The position numbers and the translations under genes are program-made. 64,000 bases of DNA, from assembly GCA_016748015.1 (NCBI GenBank), contig JAAOMT010000263.1, forward strand, positions 176,302 through 240,301. Direction: 5' to 3'. A model generated the notes under the pieces. The model did not search any database. It was not told the DNA's origin and worked only from the letters and a program-made list of their open reading frames with translations. Below are positions 55,100 to 64,000 of the stretch, piece by piece (the stretch's first letter is position 1; each line of letters starts with the position of its first letter). Source of the stretch: Geosiphon pyriformis uo1. Taxonomy: Eukaryota > Fungi > Glomeromycota.

Positions 55100-57575
55100 A
55101 TGTGTTTTCTATATATAATTAGCTATTAGAAACAACTATTATAAAAATCAGAAAAAAATATTAATTATAACAATACAATTAGTATTAAAATTATGATCAA
55201 TAACTTTTTAAAAAAAATAAAAAAATAAAAAATAAAAACAGCTCAACAACATTTTTTTAAAGTGTTTTTTTAATAATAAAAACCCAAAACAGTTTAACAG
55301 CTATTAAAGCAAATTTTTTTGCTTTAAATAAAGTTTTTCTTATTTAAAGTTTTTTTCAAATATTTAGTTAAATTTTAGCATAATTGTTATAATTATAAGA
55401 AGTTTTAATATTTTTAACAAAAAACTATCAGCAAAGCTATTTTTTATTGTTAAATCCTTTTTTTGCTTAAATAACTAAAAAAATAAAACAAAAAAATTAA
55501 TTTTTTCTATATTTAAAACAAACAGCCTTTTTAAAATACAAAAAAAAAATGTTTTTGATATTTTTATCAATCTTATAATAACTATATTAGTTATAATATA
55601 TAATTTTAATCAGATTATAAATAATAGTAATAGCAATAAATTTGTTAAAACTAAATTAATTAATATATAAATAAGTTGCTTAATATTATTATGATTAAAA
55701 CTTTTACTTTTTAGTTTTATTTATTTATTTAGCCATAGTTAATCATTTATATTAGCCATTAATATTATTAATTAGCCACCCTATTTTTAAAAGTAGTTAT
55801 TAATATAATTATTGACTTAATTATTGACTTGATTATTAATTTAATTATTAACCAAATTATTAATATAATTACTAACTTAATTATTGATTTTTTTTTAAAA
55901 ACATATAAACAAAACTTTTTAAGACTATAAAAATTTATTTATACTTAAATTAAATTCATTCAAAGCAAAAATCAAAACAATAATATAATTTTTTCATTTT
56001 TTTTCAAATTTTTATTTCTTTTTTAATTTATATAATTATTAGTTATAAAATATATTAAATAAATATTTATTAAAAAATACAATTAATATTTAATATTGAA
56101 TTCTAAAAACACTAATAAAAAACATAAACTTATATTAATGTATTATTTTTTGTTAAAAATATAAATCATTTTTCTATTTACAGATTTTTTTGTTATTTTT
56201 TGAAAAAAATAATAATTAAGATATTTATAAATTAATTTTATTTGTTTATTAAAATTAAATTATTTTTTTATTATTTTTATTGTTATATAATATTGTTTTT
56301 TTGTGCTATTTATTAACTTGTTATATCTAATTATTACAATATATTAAATTTTATTTAATTATTACCAGTTTTAAAAACAAAACAAGTAATATTTTACATA
56401 TAATTTTATTTAATTAATTTATTAAGTTATTTAATTTTAAAAATTAGATTAATAAAATAAAAACTAAAGTGTTTTTAAAAAATACTAATTTTAATATTTA
56501 AATAATAATTACAAATTTCAAAAAATTTTTAAGTAATTTTTACTTTTGTGTTTAATAAAACTGCAAATATTAAATTAATTTCTATTAAAACTGTATTTTT
56601 AATTATTAATATAAAGTTTATTAGTTAATAACATGATAATATTTTTTATTTTAAGTTTTATATATTTTTTAATATTGTTTTAACATATTAATTAATTATA
56701 ATAAAAAAACAATATTAAAATTTCTTTTTTAAATAAAAAAAGTTATTATATTAAGAATTATATTCAAAATCAAATTAGTTAATTTTTTTGGCTAAATTAA
56801 ATTGGTTTCTCAAATAAATGGCTTTTAAATTTTGTTTAATAATTAAAATATATTATTATTATTATTATTATTATAATTAATACTTTAAAAAAAATTATAT
56901 TTAATAAAAAATTCTTAGTTTTTTGTGTTTTTTTAAGTATTAAGATTTAAATTATTTGGCTTTTAAGTATAATTTTATTTATAAAAACTTTTACTTAAGT
57001 TATAATTAATTTTTAAATTTTTTAAAATTAATTTATTAGTATAAAATTATATACAAAAACTGTTATTTTTTTTTGGTTTTTTGGCTTATTATTATTGATA
57101 AATTTATAATTAAATTAAAATTAATTTTTTTAAAATTTTAGTTAACAAGTTGTTTTTGTTAATTAGATTTATTATTAAGTTTATTAGCTTTTTAATTGAA
57201 TAATTATAATATTAATAAATATTTTATTTGTTAAAATTATTAAAGTAAAAAAAAAGTAATTAAAATAAAAAAATTTTTGTTAATAAAAAAATAGTTGCTA
57301 AAATAATAATTATATAAAAACTTTAAATTATTTAGTTTAATACAAATATAATAGTTAAATAAACAGAAAATTTAGTTTTAAATAATATTATTTGTGTTAA
57401 TATTATAATTAAAATATATAAGTTAAATAAGTTTATTTTATAATTTAATATAGTATAAATTTAACTAATTTAAATAACTAGTAAAATATAAAAATTACTA
57501 AATTGTATTTATATTAAAATATATATTTTGTTATATTATAATAAATAAATAAAAATAAAATAAAATTTAAATAAA
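55100..57575 (+). mobile_element. Older full-length copy of the ORF1-only retroposon, interrupted by a solo LTR-B
   Basis: KTAQQHFFKVF and AIKANFFAL (~55235-55325) match KTTRQNVLKVF and ATEAIFSSL; PVLKTKQ at ~56365. The 3' end ttaaataagttt..ttaatatagtataaatttaactaatttaaataactag (57423-57481) aligns to ttgggtaagttt..ttaatatagtatagcctgaactggcttgagtagctg mostly via G>A/C>T changes, then an A-rich tail. 5' end approximate. Confidence 0.7.
55687..56338 (+). mobile_element. Solo LTR, family B (652 bp)
   Basis: Termini TATTA (decayed TGTTA)...TTACA; ATAT TSD. Removing the LTR plus one ATAT gives ttaatatattaaatttt, identical to the empty site at 25661-25677. Confidence 0.85.
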
Positions 57576-58630
57576 AAAATTTTAAAAACTTTTAAAACTT
57601 AATAATTTAATATTATTTAAATAATTTAAAAAAATTTATTTATATAATTAATAAAAAACTTATAATTAAATTAATTAAATTATTAATATAATTTGATTAA
57701 TAATTAATCTAGAAAATAAATTAGTTAATTATATAATATTAATAATTAATACATAATCAAAACAATTAAATTAAATATTATAGATAAAAATAACATAATT
57801 TTAATTATAATTTTTTATTTTATTTTATTTAATAAGTACAGTTTAACTGTTACTTAATATATAGAAACAAATAAATGAATCAAATTAAATATGATTTATG
57901 TATTTTTTATATATAACTAGTTATTTAAGCCAATCAAAATAATACTATACACTATAAGAACTTTTGCACTATTGTTTATATTAGAAAAAAACAAATATGG
58001 CCTATACAAATTCAAACTAACAGCAAAAAATTTAATAATACTAAGTAAATAAATCACTTTCTTAAACAAAAAACTAAACAAACCACTCAACAAATTAAAC
58101 ACTATATTTATATTATAGACCAGATTATTTTTCTCTATATTTGTCCTAAACTTAAATCTTAATAATTATAATTTATTATAATATTTATTAGCCAAATGGC
58201 AAATAAAATCAACTATTATAGATTTTATTCTCTTTTATTACCAAAAATTAATACCACCTTATCTATTTATTTCCTAAAAACAAAATCTTTGTATAAGACT
58301 ATATAAATGTTAATATTTAAAGCTTCTAAAGAAAAAGTGTTCAACACTAAAAATAATAAAACAAAACAATCTTCTACCAAATATTTTTACAGTTCAATAT
58401 AACCAAAAAAAATATTAGAGCATACAAAAATATCTTTAAAACAAATAAAAACATGATTAGACAACTTAATATTATTATATATTAAGCACAAAACACCTAA
58501 GTAATTCTTGTTATAAAGTCTTTTGTAAATAACAACTGGTAATCTCTTATAAATAGCCTATATCAAATATATGTACAAAGCAGTTGACTTTTCATTGGTG
58601 AATTTAACCAATATGTGAAAATCTAAATGC

Positions 58631-59246
58631 TATTACCAGACGAAATTAGAGATATTATTTAGCATGAAATTATTTTTATTCTTATCATTAATTAGCATAT
58701 ATTATCATTTCAAATTATTACCTATTACATTAGCAAAATATTCAAAATTATTATTTAATTAATAATCCAATTTGTATATAACACAAATATAACCTAAGTG
58801 CAATGATCAATCATGCAATACCTCAAAATATGTAATATTCAAAAGTTTGCTGAAATTTGTAGAAATTTGCCAAAATAATTGACAGTTCACTGAAATATGT
58901 AATAGTTCACCAAAATATATCTTTAGTTTAGTGAAATTGTAGAAAAGAATAAAGTTCAAGTTCATAGAATAGTGTTATAATAAGTTGTATAAAAAAAGAG
59001 CTTCTCTCTTTAAGAAAATATATCTTACTTTAGATTTATTACTTAGAACCATTTCTACACACACAAAAAGAAATAAATATCAAATAATTCGAAAAACCAA
59101 ATTCTTTAATTATTGCACTTGGAAAAATTCCCAAAACTTAACTAACGTTTTAAAATTGATTAGCTACCAATTTCAGTAAACTGTTAGTGACTCCAGGCCT
59201 GGATAGAAAACGTTTCCCTTGACAGAATTCTATTTCTTTTACATTT

Positions 59247-59278
<32 letters not shown>

Positions 59279-59591
59279 AATCATTAGGGTAGCCTACAAA
59301 CAAGATTCCTGTAGAAGAGTTGACTTTCACAGCAAAGTAACTATACATTTTTAGTGAGCTTCCAGATGAGCAATTCCTGGGAAAGAGTTGATGTTTACTA
59401 CAACATAACTACATAAAGCAACTGGCATAGAATTGGCCATTCCACTTATAAGCCCAGCAGTTCAAATTATAGGAGATAATTTGAAGATAAAATTCAGTTA
59501 TCGAAGGTTCAAACACTTCTCATAGTTGTGAATTAACAGCATTACAACAAACATACAAAAGCTAAGAAGAGACCAAAAATCTCTGGTAACA
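58631..59591 (+). mobile_element. Solo LTR, family A (961 bp), best-preserved copy
   Basis: 10-bp terminal inverted repeats T(A/G)TTACCAGA...TCTGGTAACA; 4-bp TSD ATGC (58627-58630, 59592-59595); excision restores the LINE frame ..TALFWH-LDFH. Confidence 0.9.
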
Positions 59592-60102
59592 ATGCCAAAA
59601 TAAAGCAGTATAATTCTAATTTATGTGCTGAATAAATAAACTGTTTAAAATTTTTGTATTAAAACCTATCTTTTACTAAGCATAATAAACAGTTCAATAG
59701 ATATTGTAAACAAAATAGCAAATATTGTCTAAAACTAATTGACTATCTGCTATTAAAACTTTTTTATGAACTCTAATAAGAAAAACCGAATATAACTGTA
59801 TAGTAACACAAGCAAAAACATCTGTCTAATTATTGCCCAAATCTCTAAAATAGTTTTTATCTTTATTTATCTTATAGAAATATTTTTTAACTTAACCAGA
59901 TTAGTTATATAATGTTTTTTTATCCAATATCTAAAGTCAGACTAACAAAGCTTAAGTTTTAACATATATGTATTTATAGCTGCTTGGCTATTTGTATACA
60001 AAACCACTAAACAAAATGAAAAAGCATATTCCAAGACCAAAACAATTATCTGTAATTCTAATAATATTGAAAATAATATCTCATACATCTTTATACCTAT
60101 AT

Positions 60103-60897
60103 TATTACTCATAAAAATTAGAAATTATAATAAATAAATAAAATAACTAATTAAAAATAGGTATAGTAAAAAAAAATTCCAGAATTTTAGGATTTCTGTT
60201 AAAAAAATTGAAAAATTTCAAGAAATTTTACATAACACAAATTATGTATATATAATAAAAGAGTTAAAAACAAAAAAAAACAGACTTAAATAGAACAATA
60301 CCTAGTAATAACTACTCATTCTATATTTTTTTCTTTAAAAAATAGTTTTCTATAATTTAAAATAGAATTACATCAATATTAATAAAATATTTAATTATCA
60401 TTCAATTTATATTATTATTGTTTGCTTCAGAATATTAATTACTTTTTCTATTATCAACAATTTATATTAATAATCTTCAATACTTAATTATACTAAAACA
60501 ATAGCTCTTAATTATGACTATTAAGAAAATAATAATTTTTTATTTTTTTTTATTTTTTTTATTTTATTTTGTTTTCTTTATTGTTTACTAATTGATTAAA
60601 AATATTAAGCACTAAGTAATTAATATCAAGAATAGCTTAATAAAAGACCTATAAAACAAAGATAAAAATTTAAAAATAGTTTACTAAAAAAACATAACTG
60701 TTAAAATAAACCAGTTACTATACTAAAAAACAAATTCATAAAAGAAACTATCAATTGAATCTCTGTTTATTATACAAAAGACTTAACCAAAACTTTTAGA
60801 CTCTAAAATCTTCAAAAATTATCAGCATCAATAGCTATTAAGCATCAAGTTACAGATTTGTTATTTGTTTTAAAACTTCAAATAATTACCTATAACA
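60103..60897. mobile_element. Solo LTR, family C (795 bp)
   Basis: Termini TATTAC (decayed TGTTAC)...ATAACA; TSD ATAT/ACAT; excision restores the LINE RNase H frame YFSNIKVN(I/V)GIKMYEILFSILLELQII. Confidence 0.8.
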
Positions 60898-63800
60898 ACA
60901 TTCACTTTAATATTAGAAAAGTAAACTGTTGTCCTATTAGCCATCTTTGAAGTATTCAGATCTTTTAACGAACTATTAATATAAATATTAATTGTTTTAG
61001 ACAACAATTTATACAAATATTCATGAATATCTAAGAACTTATTTAAGCAAAAAAAATTTGAACAAACCAAATTAGCAACAATCTTATTAAATTCAACAAA
61101 AAGATTGTTCATATATACTGATGTTTTTTTAAATTATAAAAGTATTAAATATTTTGGGCTTAGCTTTTTTTAATATCAAAAAGTTTTCTAATCTATAACC
61201 AAACCATGCTTGTTTAATAAATAATCTCTAAAAACAATACCAAAATATTTTAAAGAATATACTATATCAAAATAATAAACATTTTTCAATATTTGAATAT
61301 TAAAAAACAGCTGGGTTTACAAAATGCATTAAACAAATTATTAGTCAAAAAAACTTAAGTGTTCAAAAAAATCTTAATAATTCTCATTAAAAAATTGTAT
61401 ATAGAATTAATTTTCAATTTGACTAAGTACTACAAAGAATTTAAAAGCACCAAAACTTGCAAATCCAAAGTATAGTGTTTGAACAATTGGCCAAGAATTC
61501 CAGCAAAATTAAAGAATCCAACTACCAAAACTATCTTAACTTTAGCTTACACTTGCTTAAAAAACTTCAAACTATATAGAGATAAGTGATATAAAGTCTT
61601 ATTAAAAAAATCATTTGGCAAATTGGCTTTAGATCTGAATCTCTTTTTTATTATAATATTTTATTTGTAATATATATTTTTAGATACAAAGCTGAATTGT
61701 ATTTGATAGCTAATTATAAGTTGCAAAACTGTTGAAACTAAATAAGCAAACTGTTTTTTTAACAATATCTTTTTAAAAATCATATTTGAAAAAAATCTAA
61801 TATCTGAGTATGCTTTAGCAAGACTTGGCTTAAATAAGCTTTCTGATGATAAAATTTTTTTTAGATATTTATAAGATTTACCAAACTTGGCCATAAAAAT
61901 TGGTTGGCTATTAATATGTAAAGAAGCTTTTATTATCTTCTGGTTAATAAAAATAGCTACTATCTTGTTATTATTAATAAAAATATTATTGATCCAAAAA
62001 AATTCACTTGTAATGTTCAAAATATACTGTGTTAATATTTAACTATTTCTTACTTATATTGTATTATTAACAAAAACACCAACTATAAAAAATAAAAAAA
62101 TACCTTTATTAATCTCTATTCTGCTTGATTTTGCTACAAAATTAGAGTTAATTCTATATTTACATAAATGTTTATGTTTTTTAATTTTACACAACAAAGA
62201 ATCATAAAAAATTTTCCAAAAAAGTGGTAAGAAAACTTCACACTAATCTAGTTTATCATAAACCACATAGTCATTTAAAAAACCAAAATTAGTTATCACT
62301 CTGTTAATTTTGTTTTCATAAATATTTCCAAAAAACTTGATAAACCTGTCATATATTTTGATATATTTCAAACTAGATCTTAAATAATACTATTCAACTG
62401 AATCATAAGCTTTACACATATCTTGCAAAGCCAACCAAATTTTTTGGCTCTTTTTCAGAGTGTTTTCTACTATTAAACTAATAACAAATATGAGAAACTA
62501 AGTTAAAATATTTTTCAAAACTGAAAAATTATTATCATAAAGAATGTTAAATTTGTTATAAATAGATAAGCTCTGATTTGACAGAACTTTAAACAAAATT
62601 TTTTTTGTAGTCTTAATTAGTACAATAAGTCATGTGTTAATCAAAATGTCATTCTATTTATAAAACTTAAAAATTATCAAAACTCATGTCTTCTTCCAAG
62701 AATTTAGAATATCACTAAGTTTAAGACAAAAATTCAGTAGATTCAAAAAACATTCTATTATTTTATTATGATAATATTTTTACAGCTTATTTGATATGTT
62801 AAAAAGATTAATGACTTTTTTATTAAATAATTTATTGATTATCAAGACCAATTTTCCTAAGCTAATGTTGTTTATTATGCCAGAAAAAGTATTATCCTTT
62901 ATATGCTCTAAAGAAGCATATTGACAAGTCCAAAAATCAAACAGAACCAAAGAAATTTTCTGCTTTTTTGTCTAATCTATTATAATATTGTCTATTTTAG
63001 ATTTTATTTTATCTGGTTCTAAAATCAATTTTTTCTCAATTACCAAATAATCTAAAACAACTTTGTGAAAAAGTTATTTCAAAACATTTCTTATCATGCT
63101 TTTTTTATCCAAACTAAAACTTTCTATTTGCTTCTTAATTGTATTTCTAATAGATGTATTTTTGGTCATTTTTAATTCATAGTATTTTGATTTTTAATAT
63201 CTTTTTTTAATCTTTGACAAATGTTTAATAATTTTTGTTAGTCTTACATTATTACAAAATATGATAACAATTTTGAAAGTCTTAGTATTATTAATAGTTA
63301 ACCAAACTCTAACAAGCTGTTTGAAATTAAACATCTTATCTGAACTCAAACTCTTTATTATCTTAGCAACCAAAAACTCTAACTTAAAAAATCTCAAAAA
63401 TTGTTTGTTTTTTAAATAGTCAAAATTACAGAACCAATATTTAGAAAACACTTTATTAGCCAAACCAGTTATAACACTTTTCAAAATTTTTCATATCTTA
63501 TATAAATTTTTTTTATCTCTTGTATTCACAAAACTACTTATTATAGCCAACAATTTAGCAAAAAAACAATTTTTAAAATGCATTAATTTGGTCTTATTTG
63601 CATTTTTAATTCAAAACTTTTACTGATTTTTATTAGTCTACTTGTAAATATTGTTTAAATAAAAATTTAATAGGCCTTCTAATTCAATTAAGACAATAAT
63701 TACTTTATGATTAGTATCAAAAAACTTAGATACAGATTCAATTTTATGCTCAGTAATTGCCAAAAACAAATTTTTACTTATAAAAATATAGTTAATAACT

Positions 63801-64000
63801 TTTTCTATCCCTCTGAAATTGCTTTAAGTAGTCAACTTAACTGAAAAATATTTATTTAATAAGTTAATTAAACCCATATCCGAATATTTTTTAAAACTTA
63901 TATATTTTTTAAAATTATTTTATTAAAGTTACCACTCAGAATTACAAAAGAGCTAGAACTTATTGTATTAGAAATAACTAAATTAACATTAAAAGTTTGA

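Larger units (their letters stand above)
57812..64000 (-). mobile_element. Second large decayed LINE (RT-RNase H-CCHC-3' UTR), running off the window edge and split by two solo LTRs
   Basis: IWLALQDMCKAYDSV ~62400-62440; YKYL..LFKPSLAKA 61661-62020; INIYINSSL (VYTDGSL) ~60980; ELQII..YTNSQAA ~59980-60065; WH-LDFH across the 58631-59591 insertion; shared 3' UTR and A tail at 57812-57950. Confidence 0.87.

Noticed and set aside
29707-59179. Numerous 60-95 aa I/K/N/F/L/Y-rich ORFs in the AT-rich block (e.g. 29707, 32531, 36180, 47369, 53819, 58985)
   Set aside because: Composition reflects AT-rich codons in mutated TE DNA. They are chance ORFs or antisense/fragmentary TE frames, not host genes.
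24900-64000. Calling the nested retroelement block a centromere/pericentromere
   Set aside because: No centromere-specific signature is visible, and such nests are expected anywhere in a repeat-rich genome. It would need ChIP or Hi-C data.

Overview
Eukaryotic (fungal) genomic window, most consistent with a Glomeromycotina species. The BTB-TLDc, F-box and SEL1-kinase family expansions and the style of the retroelements suggest something Geosiphon-like; this is recognition by eye, not a database result. There are two compartments. (1) 1-~24.9 kb is gene-containing: a single-exon F-box/LRR-like gene head-to-head with a 16-exon AFG2/SPATA5 AAA-ATPase, a convergent pair of BTB-BACK-TLDc paralogs, a SEL1-repeat/TKL-kinase pseudogene, a type-I membrane protein gene and a 5-exon CCC1/VIT1 vacuolar iron transporter. 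(2) ~24.9-64 kb is an extremely AT-rich nest of retroelements decayed by C>T/G>A mutation: two Ty3/Gypsy relics, solo LTRs of three families with 4-bp TSDs, a full-length RNase-H-bearing LINE, and three further LINE copies. Best candidate for an undescribed system: an ORF1-only (HAL1-like, 'half-LINE') retroposon family. It has one clean copy at 48485-50779 with a poly(A) tail and 11-bp TSD, plus two older copies. It encodes its own diverged RRM/zinc-knuckle ORF1, has no ORF2, and carries the same double-hairpin 3' tail as the autonomous LINE, suggesting a LINE/parasite pair. Coordinates within the decayed region are approximate unless a TSD is quoted.
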